In this document: piece by piece, positions 9,401 through 18,863 of the stretch | Position numbering within the stretch: position 1 is the stretch's first letter | Layout: each line of letters begins with the position of its first letter | NCBI GenBank assembly: GCA_943350635.1 | Contig: CALRAI010000001.1 | Location: 4,051 to 68,050 of the forward strand | Reading direction: 5' to 3' | From: Candidatus Uhrbacteria bacterium | Lineage (GTDB): Bacteria > Patescibacteriota > Patescibacteriia > UBA9934 | DNA: 64,000 nucleotides | Notes under the pieces: generated by a model | What the model saw: only the letters and a program-made list of their open reading frames with translations | Database searches by the model: none | What the model was told of the DNA's origin: nothing | Made by a program: the position numbers and the translations under genes

Positions 9401-10105
9401 ATGGGCGATATAGAAGTGAAATACTCCTCCAGAGGGAAACAACCCCTAACCGCACAGAACCTTAAAACGAAGGGGTGGTGGAGATTCGCGCAAGTTATTT
9501 TTGTACTTGGATCAATTTTGCTGTTTGCCTTGACCCTCCTCTTTGCTGGTGCCGCGATTAGTGAAACCACTCCTCTCGTTCCCAGTGAAAGCTCGATTAC
9601 TTGCAACAATGGCCAGGTTTTTAACCTGAAGAGCTTTGATGAAAGTCTTAACATATACACGTACGGCTTCAGTCCTGTAGATAGTAATGGTCGATTCACA
9701 GACTATTCCGATGACGCAACAGCAAAAATGTTCTGCACAGCGTTGAACCGTGATCGCTTCGAACTCTCTCCTTTACCGGAAGGAAGCTCAATAACACCCG
9801 CGCGCAAGGCTGAACTTGATGCCATCATAATCAAGCAGCTTCAGAGTCAAACGCAAGAAGAGTGGGCTGCAAACATGACGAAAAATTCCGTCAGAAAGGC
9901 TAGTTATTCAGACCTCGAGGATATTCACTCTCGTGAGACTAGTAAGCAAGGTGAGAACATGGGCTATTCTATTGACGCAAAAAAGGATTATTCTGAGGTA
10001 TTCGTTATACTAGGCTTCTTCGTTTTAGCGTTGATCATCGAAGCAGGGCTTTTGTTTGTAGTAAGAGGAATTGTTCGGTACACACTTATTAGTAAGTTCT
10101 TTTAG
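9401..10105 (+). CDS. Membrane protein with two TM helices
   Basis: Hydrophobic segments near both termini. Confidence 0.7.
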   Translation: MGDIEVKYSSRGKQPLTAQNLKTKGWWRFAQVIFVLGSILLFALTLLFAGAAISETTPLVPSESSITCNNGQVFNLKSFDESLNIYTYGFSPVDSNGRFTDYSDDATAKMFCTALNRDRFELSPLPEGSSITPARKAELDAIIIKQLQSQTQEEWAANMTKNSVRKASYSDLEDIHSRETSKQGENMGYSIDAKKDYSEVFVILGFFVLALIIEAGLLFVVRGIVRYTLISKFF

Positions 10106-10251
10106 CATTTTTCACGAATCGGGCCAGAAAGGAGCGTCATGAGAGCAAACTACAGCATTGCAAGAATGTATTACTCACGAATCTTTACCTTTTCCTTTTA
10201 CACGAACCATAAATTGGGCTGCGTGTGAGAAGGATTTCGTGTTTAGCGGAA

Positions 10252-10842
10252 CTATGAACTTCTGTTCTGTTCCGATTCATTGAGTACAAAACTAGCCCAT
10301 TGCGCTTTCATTTCTTGTTCTAAGAAATAATGACATGACCCAAAATAGCCGCGACAATACTTTTCGGTCAACCGAAGAAACAGAGGAGCTTTTACCTCGA
10401 TCATGAAACGACGGGCTTCTGGCGAAAGACCCTTAGATTGACGGAGGTTATCAGTCAAATCAGCCAGTTTTATACGCCAAGCATCTTCATCGTCCGCTTC
10501 GATCAATTTCGCCGTCATCAGCATCCAGCGCTCAGTGGAGTTTTCTATATCGAGCGGATGAGTGCCGAGTGCCACAAAGTGAATGGTTCGGTCAGTGAAT
10601 CCCATATCTCTAAGTTCCTGAAAGGAAACACCTCCATCTTCGACGACATCATGGAGTAATGCAGCAAGAAACAAGTCATCGTCGCAATCGTCACAATGGT
10701 GGCACGAAATAACGAGATCTCTCACTCGAAAGGAATGCAGATAGTTCGGTTCGTCTGGTAAGCTTTTACGAGTACCCTGAATACGCTCGCGAACGAGCGT
10801 CTCTGCCCTCCCTTTCAATTCTAAATACTGTGTGAGTTCCAT
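10252..10842 (-). CDS. HD-domain hydrolase, Mesh1/small alarmone hydrolase-like
   Basis: PNYLHS, AALLHDVVED and IKLADLTDNLR match the RelA/SpoT hydrolase domain. Confidence 0.8.
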   Translation of the reverse strand: MELTQYLELKGRAETLVRERIQGTRKSLPDEPNYLHSFRVRDLVISCHHCDDCDDDLFLAALLHDVVEDGGVSFQELRDMGFTDRTIHFVALGTHPLDIENSTERWMLMTAKLIEADDEDAWRIKLADLTDNLRQSKGLSPEARRFMIEVKAPLFLRLTEKYCRGYFGSCHYFLEQEMKAQWASFVLNESEQNRSS

Positions 10843-11046
10843 ACAAAATACGTGAAGAATAAACGCAAAAGCGATTGAGAGATATGACCCAGATTGCTCT
10901 GGATGAAATCTCCCAACCGCTTAATGCAGTCAGTTCTCACATCGCTTGTGGCTCTCAGCAGATTTCCCTGATTGCCTACCCTCTTGGAGGGAGTGATGTG
11001 GGTGTTCGTCTTTACGACGGACGCACCTCTTTGCTCTTACTTCTTC

Positions 11047-11075
11047 ACTATAACTGAAAAATGGGGTTTGGTCAA
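11047..11075 (-). promoter_or_regulatory. Sigma70-type promoter of the HD hydrolase leader
   Basis: TTGACC-17-TATAGT. Confidence 0.6.
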
Positions 11076-11134
11076 AGCATCCCAGTAAGCTAGAGTGATG
11101 TTTCGCTAATTTTATTCAGAGACTTTGTACTGGA

Positions 11135-12583
11135 TTATTCAATGCTTCCAGATGGTAGCTTTGTAAGATCTGTATTCGTTATACCCAAACCAAGCTCGCG
11201 CATGATTGAATACGCAGCTGAACCATCTTTCATGTAAACGCGAGTGCAAGTAGCCGGATCAACGTACCAAGCCTCTCCATGTTGCTCTACCTGAAGAAGA
11301 ATTGTTCCCCTCACTTGATTCGCGATTTTATTAGTTAGGCACACGTTTGGAGCATCTTTAATATCGGCAGCTTCCTCGACCGAGGGAATTGTTTCTAGAT
11401 CTTTATTGGTAATACCAAGGCCGAAGGATCGCATCATGTTATACGCGGTGGTTCCATCTTTCATATAATAACGTAGCGAATCTGATGGATAGATGTACCA
11501 TGCCTCGCCATGCTCTTCTACCTGGAGCAATATTGATCCTGAGAGGCGCTCAACTAAAGCCGTATCTAACTTTTCTGGGTCATAAGCTCCTGCAAGATCT
11601 ATATCTGTTGACGATGAGGAATCTATCGATTCGGTGTCAGTAGTATCTGTACTGACAGTCGCTGATGGTGTCGGAATGGAATAACTATACGTCCAGTAAT
11701 AATAACTGCTTCTATTTCCGTAGAGGTCTACTGCAGAGACATTAAGATAGTAGGTTCCTGGGCCATAAAGGGTCGCGAGACTGCCATTTGTGGTTTGATA
11801 TGTTCCGTACGTATAGGGATCTTGAGCGCTTGTTCCGAGATAAACATAATAGCCTGCAACCCCGCTCGCGTCTGATACCCCCTGCCAAGTGAAAAAGGGA
11901 GTCGAATCAGTTCCTGACTGCCAAGAACCAAGAGTTGACGCTGATGAATCTGCATAAACAGAAGCCGTGGCACTCGAAAAATCGGGTGCAGTAATGTCGG
12001 AATATGTATATGAAGAAGATGTGCTAGTCGAGATTGAATCAGAACTCCAGACCCGACATTCATCGTCCGAGTCAAAAAGATAGATTGTGTCGGAAATACC
12101 ATCAAGCGAATAACCTCCAATATCAATATAAATGTATTTATTTTCGTATCGCCACATGCTTAAACATCCAATCCCATACTCTACAAGGTAGTCATAACCT
12201 GATGTATCTTCAACTAAAATTTGATCAGATCCGATATCACTGAGTATGAAATATTTTTTTAAGTTTAGGGAATCAACCGAATTCACCGTACAGGCCTTTG
12301 TATCAAACATACCTTGAACAAGAATCGTATTTCCATATCCCGGAGAATAATAGGTATCAATCCAAAATGTCTCTCCAGTAGAGAAGTCAGAACTTGAGCA
12401 ATCCCAGGAATAGCCGATTTTATAATAAGATCCGTAACCGTCAGCGATAACTAGATCGTTGTAGGAGCTGCTCAATACTACAAAACCCTTAAGATTAGAT
12501 GCGAAAACATTCTTAATAGGCGCCAATATTGTAACCAGAATGCAGACAACGACTATCTGTAACTTAAAATTATTCATATACAT
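11135..12583 (-). CDS. Secreted/surface protein with duplicated C-terminal module
   Basis: Signal peptide; Ser/Thr linkers; two copies of GxILLQVExHGEAWY...YMKDG..AY..MR..GLGITN.DL. Confidence 0.8.
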   Translation of the reverse strand: MYMNNFKLQIVVVCILVTILAPIKNVFASNLKGFVVLSSSYNDLVIADGYGSYYKIGYSWDCSSSDFSTGETFWIDTYYSPGYGNTILVQGMFDTKACTVNSVDSLNLKKYFILSDIGSDQILVEDTSGYDYLVEYGIGCLSMWRYENKYIYIDIGGYSLDGISDTIYLFDSDDECRVWSSDSISTSTSSSYTYSDITAPDFSSATASVYADSSASTLGSWQSGTDSTPFFTWQGVSDASGVAGYYVYLGTSAQDPYTYGTYQTTNGSLATLYGPGTYYLNVSAVDLYGNRSSYYYWTYSYSIPTPSATVSTDTTDTESIDSSSSTDIDLAGAYDPEKLDTALVERLSGSILLQVEEHGEAWYIYPSDSLRYYMKDGTTAYNMMRSFGLGITNKDLETIPSVEEAADIKDAPNVCLTNKIANQVRGTILLQVEQHGEAWYVDPATCTRVYMKDGSAAYSIMRELGLGITNTDLTKLPSGSIE

Positions 12584-12604
12584 AATTTAAATCTCTAGTA
12601 ACTC

Positions 12605-12952
12605 TTATCCAAAGTTTTTTAACCAATCATGAAAGTCTCGAATGATGGGTTTTCGCTTTCCAAGCTGTATAAACAAATGATCCTGACGAGCATCTTCTTC
12701 CTTTTGTTTTTGATCCCTTTCTTCTACAGTTTTCCGATATTCGATTTCACCGCGCAATAAAGCACGTCTCTCGGAACGGCAATGACCAGGTTTTATATAA
12801 AGAGTGCGTAAAACTTCTCAGGAAAAGAAATTTTCACACTCACGACATCCTATTTCTTTTGGGATTTTTCCCTCAGAAAACCACATCTGTGATTCATCAA
12901 TCTCATCATTACAAGCCGGACAGAGATATGTTGCGACTTGGAAAATAACCAT
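12605..12952 (-). pseudogene. Zinc-finger protein with in-frame TGA
   Basis: MVIFQVATYLCPAC...CRECENFFS*EVLRTLY...; TGA at 12818-12820 in an otherwise open 116-codon frame. Confidence 0.55.
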
Positions 12953-12976
12953 ATATAGGCTGGCGTAATTGATCGT

Positions 12977-13219
12977 TTATAAATTGTTGAAAAATCTTAC
13001 AACGATTGAGCCAAGATGGCTTGCAATAACGAATGCAATAATCATGCTTCCAAATCCAACAATCAAAACTAGCGCACTTTTTAAAACATTTGGCTTCTCT
13101 CCCTCAATAACAAGTCCTTCTATTTGTTTTTCAGAAGTCGGTTTCGCTTCTACTCCACAAGATGAACAGAATCTTGCGTTATCTATAGTTTTCTCTCCAC
13201 AATTCCTACAAAACATATA
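12977..13219 (-). CDS. Zinc-ribbon membrane protein
   Basis: MFCRNCG...FCSSCG followed by a TM helix. Confidence 0.75.
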   Translation of the reverse strand, partial: YMFCRNCGEKTIDNARFCSSCGVEAKPTSEKQIEGLVIEGEKPNVLKSALVLIVGFGSMIIAFVIASHLGSIVVRFFNNL

Positions 13220-13221
13220 TT

Positions 13222-13758
13222 TTACAAGCAATCAGCTTTACTAAATGATGCAAAATAACTTTGTCCCGTTTCACTGACCACATATGAATATTCCATATTT
13301 ATATCTCGGTTCAAAAGACTTTTTGTGTCACTATTTTGACAGAGACTTGTTCCAAGATAATTTTTCAAATATGCGTTTGAAAGACTGCTCGTATCCGCGC
13401 CAGTAAGGGTGTAATGATAACGAATAGCCCCGGGCTCTGCTGTAATGTCAGTAAGTGTTGTTAATTCATCCGTATGATACGGCAATGGCATGCTAGCCTT
13501 TGTTTGCCTAACTGTCTCGCTAATGAGTTCAGCTTTTGATGTGTTGCTTATGGAAGACGAAGAGATTCCTTGTGTTAAATAACGACCTACGCCGATTGCC
13601 AATATAGAAACGATAACAGAAATTACGCTAATAAACGTGGATTTTCTTTTTGTTCTTTCGACAGAGATGGCGGTTGATCCAGTAACAACTTTTTCTCCAC
13701 ATTTATTACAGAATTTTGCACCATCCTCAAGTTTATTGCCGCATTTTTTGCAATTCAT
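13222..13758 (-). CDS. Zinc-ribbon membrane protein with extracellular domain
   Basis: MNCKKCG...FCNKCG followed by a TM helix. Confidence 0.8.
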   Translation of the reverse strand: MNCKKCGNKLEDGAKFCNKCGEKVVTGSTAISVERTKRKSTFISVISVIVSILAIGVGRYLTQGISSSSISNTSKAELISETVRQTKASMPLPYHTDELTTLTDITAEPGAIRYHYTLTGADTSSLSNAYLKNYLGTSLCQNSDTKSLLNRDINMEYSYVVSETGQSYFASFSKADCL

Positions 13759-13767
13759 AAAATATTG

Positions 13768-14064
13768 TTAGTAATCAAATGTTTCTTCGCAAACATACAA
13801 TCCGTTAGAACTATCGGGTACTTTACAATTCTTTCCGCACTCAAAGTCGTCGCTCGAATTATTTCGTTGCTGTTTTAGATTTGTAGCCCAGGAAAGACAT
13901 GAGGCGCGATCATCAAATTGCGGACTGTAAATGTATTGGTCTGTGCAAGCCAAGCAGCCATCAGGATAATAAAAACCGAGCCACGTTTCTTTTTGGGAAA
14001 GACAGCCTGCGCCAGACAAAAGCAAGGTGAGAATGAAGAGGGGCACGATTAGCGATCTTTTCAT
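13768..14064 (-). CDS. Cys-rich lipoprotein
   Basis: MKRSLIVPLFILTLLLSGAGC lipobox. Confidence 0.75.
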   Translation of the reverse strand: MKRSLIVPLFILTLLLSGAGCLSQKETWLGFYYPDGCLACTDQYIYSPQFDDRASCLSWATNLKQQRNNSSDDFECGKNCKVPDSSNGLYVCEETFDY

Positions 14065-14065
14065 A

Positions 14066-14974
14066 CTACTTCGATATATAGCTTCCAATAGCGGACTGTA
14101 GGAATGCGACGGCCTGCACGATGACGAAAATAAGCACCGGATTAATATCGACGAATAAACTTATAAACCAAGATATCACGAAAGTGAGGAGGAGGGATTT
14201 TATGATAGTTTGCATCGTCCAGCCCCCGCTGTGCTCTACTTTTGGCTTCTCCCTCTGATCGAGCAAGAATTCCAGATGCTTCAGTATTTCCGAACTGTTT
14301 CTGAATTCAAATTGGGAAATTCCGCAAAACTCTTGAGAACCCTGCTCAAAGAGCAGATCGTCAAAATTCTTTTTTACAAAATCAGCCTTTTCTTCTCGTT
14401 CACTATCTGAAAGATCTTCAGTTTTCTTGAACCAAATATTCTTTCCGTATTCGCTTTCCACGATTTGTAAGTCTGAGTCTGTGGCGTCCTTCACTTTATC
14501 CTCTATTCTATTTAAACCCATCTTTATCCTTTCGACCGTCTGCCTTAAATACTTTCTATAATCCTCTCGCGAGAGAGAATCCGAATGAAGAGAAAGGATG
14601 AAAAAGATCTCAGCATAAGACACGGCTAGATTTAACTTTTGCCATTCGATCTCCTTATTCAATCGCTCGAGAAGTTCTTTGCGATGGTACTCGGAGGGTG
14701 CCTCCAAGATGGACTCTAGCACTACGCCGTCTTTCACTTCTTCCTTTAGGGGCGGCTCGATGGATTTGTATTTTAAGCGAACGAAGACCTCAATCGGGTT
14801 TGTGTTTATTTTGTATTCGTAAATCTCGTTTATATAAAAACAGTCGTCATTTATGCTCCTGTGAGAATCGAATTCTTTCCTTTCTGGATAAAAGGTTAGG
14901 GTCAATGAGCTCCAATCATCATCAATTGAAATAGTCCTGTCTTCATCCATGACTTCAATGTTTGGAATGCTCAT
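14066..14974 (-). CDS. Hypothetical protein with C-terminal TM hairpin
   Basis: Long ORF within the operon; two C-terminal hydrophobic helices. Confidence 0.7.
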   Translation of the reverse strand: MSIPNIEVMDEDRTISIDDDWSSLTLTFYPERKEFDSHRSINDDCFYINEIYEYKINTNPIEVFVRLKYKSIEPPLKEEVKDGVVLESILEAPSEYHRKELLERLNKEIEWQKLNLAVSYAEIFFILSLHSDSLSREDYRKYLRQTVERIKMGLNRIEDKVKDATDSDLQIVESEYGKNIWFKKTEDLSDSEREEKADFVKKNFDDLLFEQGSQEFCGISQFEFRNSSEILKHLEFLLDQREKPKVEHSGGWTMQTIIKSLLLTFVISWFISLFVDINPVLIFVIVQAVAFLQSAIGSYISK

Positions 14975-14976
14975 AT

Positions 14977-15873
14977 TTATTTTGCAGTGCAATGCTCGCT
15001 TAAGTAGTCATTGTACTTTTCAATTTGCTTATTATAAACGTCTATTTTGATCCGAAGAATATTTTCATCAGCTTGGTATAATCTCAAATCACCATTATAT
15101 TTGTCGACGAGTGAATTGTGCATTTCTATTTCAAAATCATCCGTCGAATCATAAATGTCATTTTCTATTTGTTTACGGAAAATATTCAAGTCAGCATCCT
15201 TTTGATCAAGAGACTTTCTTTCCAAAGATAACTCGGTACGCACAGTTTCTATTGGGGCCAGAATATCGGATTGTTCTGCGAAATAATTCGTACAATTATA
15301 TTCTCCTACCGTTACCATATCGTCATTCAGAATAGGATTAGAATTCACGGAATCAGTGCTGATTCCCGATAGACCGCCACCGAAAGATATCAAAGCGATT
15401 GCATAAATAGCGTCGAACCAGAAAATGCGCAATTTGTTCGCGATCCAGATCAAGACGACTAAAGGAAATGCGAGATAGTATAGGGGGCTTCCCCCGTTTT
15501 TGATCGCATTTTTACTAGAGCTATGAATATGCTCCATATCGTGATCACTTGGAAAGGAATGCATTCCCACCGAGATCGCTAGCCAAAGCAAAAAATACCA
15601 AAGGCCGCTTCCTGAAATTGCATTAGCTGCGATGAAGCTCAAGGCTACTGTACCTATTGAGTTCACCAATAACGGTCCGACAGAGATCCAGAAAGTCTGC
15701 TTGTATGTCTTTGGTTCTTCGTGTGAAACGTATCCTGCTGGATTTCCAAATTGAAAATAAACGACTTTATGGACACGAACGCCAAGATGATCGCAGAATA
15801 TTTTATGCGCCCATTCATGAACAACCACACCCGGGAACGTCAATAAAGAAATGAGCCAGCCAGGTATAAACAT
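14977..15873 (-). CDS. Membrane zinc metalloprotease-like protein with coiled-coil tail
   Basis: PGVVVHEWAH (HExxH), ISVGPL, FPSDHD; TM helices. Confidence 0.75.
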   Translation of the reverse strand: MFIPGWLISLLTFPGVVVHEWAHKIFCDHLGVRVHKVVYFQFGNPAGYVSHEEPKTYKQTFWISVGPLLVNSIGTVALSFIAANAISGSGLWYFLLWLAISVGMHSFPSDHDMEHIHSSSKNAIKNGGSPLYYLAFPLVVLIWIANKLRIFWFDAIYAIALISFGGGLSGISTDSVNSNPILNDDMVTVGEYNCTNYFAEQSDILAPIETVRTELSLERKSLDQKDADLNIFRKQIENDIYDSTDDFEIEMHNSLVDKYNGDLRLYQADENILRIKIDVYNKQIEKYNDYLSEHCTAK

Positions 15874-15901
15874 ATTTTATTAACCTTACAATAACAGAAA
15901 A

Positions 15902-16042
15902 CACAAAGCCCGCCGCTAGCCGACACCTTGCGGTGTCCATACCCCTTTCGAGATATGACCATACAAAGGAAGCTGAACGACGGGTTCAGTACTTTGTATG
16001 GGTTTACTGCCATACCTCACGGTTGATCCGAGAGGGTTAGGC
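15902..16042 (-). ncRNA. Candidate structured RNA, copy 1 (family unassigned)
   Basis: Homologous to 40373-40516 with compensatory stems and GNRA loops; promoter TTGACA-18-CATAAT at 16066-16095. Confidence 0.7.
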
Positions 16043-16143
16043 AAATTCAATTTTCGAACGTTGTTATTATGGAATTTTTCGGCTAACGTTGTCAAAGAGT
16101 GAGGTTTATCGAAAGCTGTTTCGCGAACAAAGAATGCGTATTT

Positions 16144-17010
16144 ATGAAGAATGCAAAAATAGTAATTGATGATTATTCCATTAGCCTATACACATCTCAT
16201 CTTAAGAGAGGAAATTACCGTGTCGGGGAAGTGATGCAGATATTGCTCTTGAGAAGCGACTTTAATGATTTTATATTGCGGTTAGAGTTGAGTGGACTTA
16301 CCCAGGTGGTGCCAAGTTCCGAAAATGAAGACAGTTGGATACATAACGGCATAATTACGCATAAACGTGTCGATGGCTATCTAGCGATAATATTGCAAAC
16401 TGATTTCTTTAAAAATCGTACAGAAATTTGGTTAATGAACTTTACCTCCATCGCAAAAAGAATACTCATAGAGTCCTACGCACGAGGAAGTGCTATGAAA
16501 TTGAGTCACAATGCGGAAGAAAAAATTGTTATTTCAAGCGATGATATTAACTACCCGAATATTTTATATTCATTGATTGAGATAGATGACGGCTTTCGTA
16601 AGATTCTAGATACGAATAAATTTGAGCAGGAACCGGATATGATGCCCATTTTTATAGAGAATGGTCGATTTTTTGAAATCAGCATCAATGCTCAAGTTAC
16701 GAAACCAGAGCTTATAAGTTTTATCGAAAAAAACTGGAGTGAAATAGAAAGAGATGTAAGGGGACGAAATCCTTCAGAAAAGAAAGAGAGAGCATCAAGT
16801 TCTTCAAATTTCTTACGTGATATTAAAATACTTAATAAATATAATGATTTTAAGAATGAAGGTTTTAAAAATCCGGATGTAAAAGTATTTTCCTGGTTAT
16901 TAAAAGAGGATCAGATAGAAATTGAGCCGAATACTGTGCGAAAAATAGTATCGAATCTTAATAAATCAATAAGAATGTTAAATAGCGATTCTTTAAAGGA
17001 TAAAATCTGA
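16144..17010 (+). CDS. Hypothetical protein, possible C-terminal DNA-binding domain
   Basis: Long AT-rich ORF preceding the element core operon. Confidence 0.65.
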   Translation: MKNAKIVIDDYSISLYTSHLKRGNYRVGEVMQILLLRSDFNDFILRLELSGLTQVVPSSENEDSWIHNGIITHKRVDGYLAIILQTDFFKNRTEIWLMNFTSIAKRILIESYARGSAMKLSHNAEEKIVISSDDINYPNILYSLIEIDDGFRKILDTNKFEQEPDMMPIFIENGRFFEISINAQVTKPELISFIEKNWSEIERDVRGRNPSEKKERASSSSNFLRDIKILNKYNDFKNEGFKNPDVKVFSWLLKEDQIEIEPNTVRKIVSNLNKSIRMLNSDSLKDKI

Positions 17011-17139
17011 TACTCAACATTTTGTGCTAAATAAAATCGGCTATCTTTTCACGATTTCGTGAATTAATCTGGCTGCTTAAATTCGAACGACGTTCTATTT
17101 TTATAAAAGTACTCTCTCAAAGTACTTTTAATTTTGTTT

Positions 17140-17403
17140 ATGCGTATGCAAGCAATATCGACAAATGACACGTTTCCTTCCCGCGATTGGGTACTTATCG
17201 CAACCCTCTCCTCCCTCGGCTTCCCGATTGAAGCCGTGGAGCAAGACTCACAGGCTCGGACAATCTTTCACATACAGCGCTCCGACAGCCTGGACGACGT
17301 TATACAGCGATTCTGGAGGCGTGAGCTGCGTGTTGAGCCTCAGGAGTTCAACCAGCACATGAAGCTCGTGAAGGCTCGCATGTATGACGCTAAGATTTTC
17401 TAA
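17140..17403 (+). CDS. Small protein, DUF5659-like
   Basis: D..LIATL..LGF.IE......F.....L......FW...L.VEP..F......K pattern recalled from CPR mobile elements; start uncertain. Confidence 0.6.
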   Translation: MRMQAISTNDTFPSRDWVLIATLSSLGFPIEAVEQDSQARTIFHIQRSDSLDDVIQRFWRRELRVEPQEFNQHMKLVKARMYDAKIF

Positions 17404-17427
17404 GACATTCAAAATTAATGCGTATAT

Positions 17428-17979
17428 ATGGCGAGAAAAAGAATGCTTCACGCAAAGATCTGGGACAGCAATCAATTCAACTCATTAAAACCACTACTTC
17501 GTTTACTTTACATAGGTTTGGTCACTATCGCGGATGACTATGGCTGTTTTCGTGCAGAGGGCACGTTTCTCAGGCGAAAGCTGTTACATTCAGACAGGAT
17601 TAGCCCGGCACAAATTGATGCAATGTTGCAGAAAATTAACGAAGTTGGATTGATTGAATATCGTCAAACAGAATTCGGTTCCATCGGCATTCATCCGAAG
17701 TGGGACACGTATCAGAAGCTCCGTAAGGACATTGCTAGGTCTAGCGACTTTCCTGACCTCGACGTATACGCCATGGATCTGCCATGGCTACGTGACGTCA
17801 ACATAAGAGAAGACAAGATAAATAAAGAAAGCTCAGAATCAGGGGAAGAAAAGAGAATTGAAATTAGTGAAAGAGAACTTGCGCCGATCTTCTCCGGAAG
17901 AGAGCAGACAGAGCGGGCTCTGGCTGCATTCAAGAAGAAACAGAAAGAGAAACTGAATCCATTCTCTGATCTTCTATGA
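17428..17979 (+). CDS. Phage replication initiator/replisome organizer-like protein
   Basis: MARKRML...W.S..F..L....RLLYIGL...ADDYG N-terminus. Confidence 0.7.
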   Translation: MARKRMLHAKIWDSNQFNSLKPLLRLLYIGLVTIADDYGCFRAEGTFLRRKLLHSDRISPAQIDAMLQKINEVGLIEYRQTEFGSIGIHPKWDTYQKLRKDIARSSDFPDLDVYAMDLPWLRDVNIREDKINKESSESGEEKRIEISERELAPIFSGREQTERALAAFKKKQKEKLNPFSDLL

Positions 17980-18533
17980 GTAAAAACTCTTGTGACGATT
18001 ATCAGAAATTATCAGTGTATCGGCTTCGGGATTTTGGATGCTTTTCATACTCTTCTTCGCATGATCTCTCCTGGGGGAAAGGTGAAAATCGGAGCAGTAT
18101 CGGCCTCACCACCTTCCTTGAAGACGATCCTATAAGAATGAGGCTCAGCTATATCTACTCCAGCCGATACAGTGATCGAAAGCTATCGGTGGACGATGAT
18201 GTTCTACTATCAAAAACTCAATGTCATTTCGGTGGCGTTCGTTGGTGGATGCATTGCCCGGTGCTTCGTAATAGCCTGCCATGTAATCGACGTACCGCAA
18301 TTCTTTTCATGGTTGGTGGCCGATTTGGATGCAGAGATTGCCATGATCTTACCTATGAAAGCCGAAAGATCAGGCCATCGCTACGGCCGTATCTCTCACT
18401 TCTTATACCAATGACCCTCGATCAAAAGTATGCACGTTCCCGATACTGGAAAGGGCGAAAAACCAAGCGAACTCGAAGAATAGATGCAAAGTGGGATGCG
18501 TGGGAAGAACCAACGGGATTAATGAACTTCTAA
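17976..18533 (+). CDS. Zinc-binding hypothetical protein of mobile elements
   Basis: FGGVRWWMHCP...C...FGCRDCHDLTYES; ATGA overlap with the previous gene. Confidence 0.7.
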   Translation: MSKNSCDDYQKLSVYRLRDFGCFSYSSSHDLSWGKGENRSSIGLTTFLEDDPIRMRLSYIYSSRYSDRKLSVDDDVLLSKTQCHFGGVRWWMHCPVLRNSLPCNRRTAILFMVGGRFGCRDCHDLTYESRKIRPSLRPYLSLLIPMTLDQKYARSRYWKGRKTKRTRRIDAKWDAWEEPTGLMNF

Positions 18534-18614
18534 TTATTTCGATCGTGTAGAATGGGAGCGTTGCTCATTGAGGAAGAAATTCCTCCCTGGAACGTCGCTC
18601 CTTAACAACTAAAT

Positions 18615-18863
18615 ATGACCAAAGATGAAAATCTCGCTTCTGAGAGTAGTTTTCTGAATCCACTTGAACTCGCTGAACTGCTACGACTCTCGCGTGCTAG
18701 CGTGTACCGCCTCGTGGAAAGGCGAAAGATCAGCTTCCATCGATTACCGAGAGGATTGCGGTTTAGTAGAAGAGATATTGATGGCTACTTACAGAAATGC
18801 AGGGTTGAATCTTTGGAGGATGTATATGAGCGCGAGAAAAATAAGACAAAGCTGGTGGGTTGA
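18615..18863 (+). CDS. Excisionase-like HTH protein
   Basis: LNPLELAELLRLSRASVYRLV...LRFSRRDI. Confidence 0.85.
   Translation: MTKDENLASESSFLNPLELAELLRLSRASVYRLVERRKISFHRLPRGLRFSRRDIDGYLQKCRVESLEDVYEREKNKTKLVG

Noticed and set aside
12818-12820. TGA recoding (genetic code 25 or 4)
   Set aside because: TGA ends many intact genes here (e.g. 7132, 17010, 25702, 54950) and core genes have no internal TGA.
15902-16042. c-di-AMP (ydaO) riboswitch or c4 antisense RNA
   Set aside because: Shares only a short GAACCCGUC-like word; the other conserved blocks I recall for those families are absent. An Rfam search is still needed.
18664-18825. Long N-terminal extension of the integrase
   Set aside because: Overlaps xis; ATG 18826 has a GGAGG RBS.
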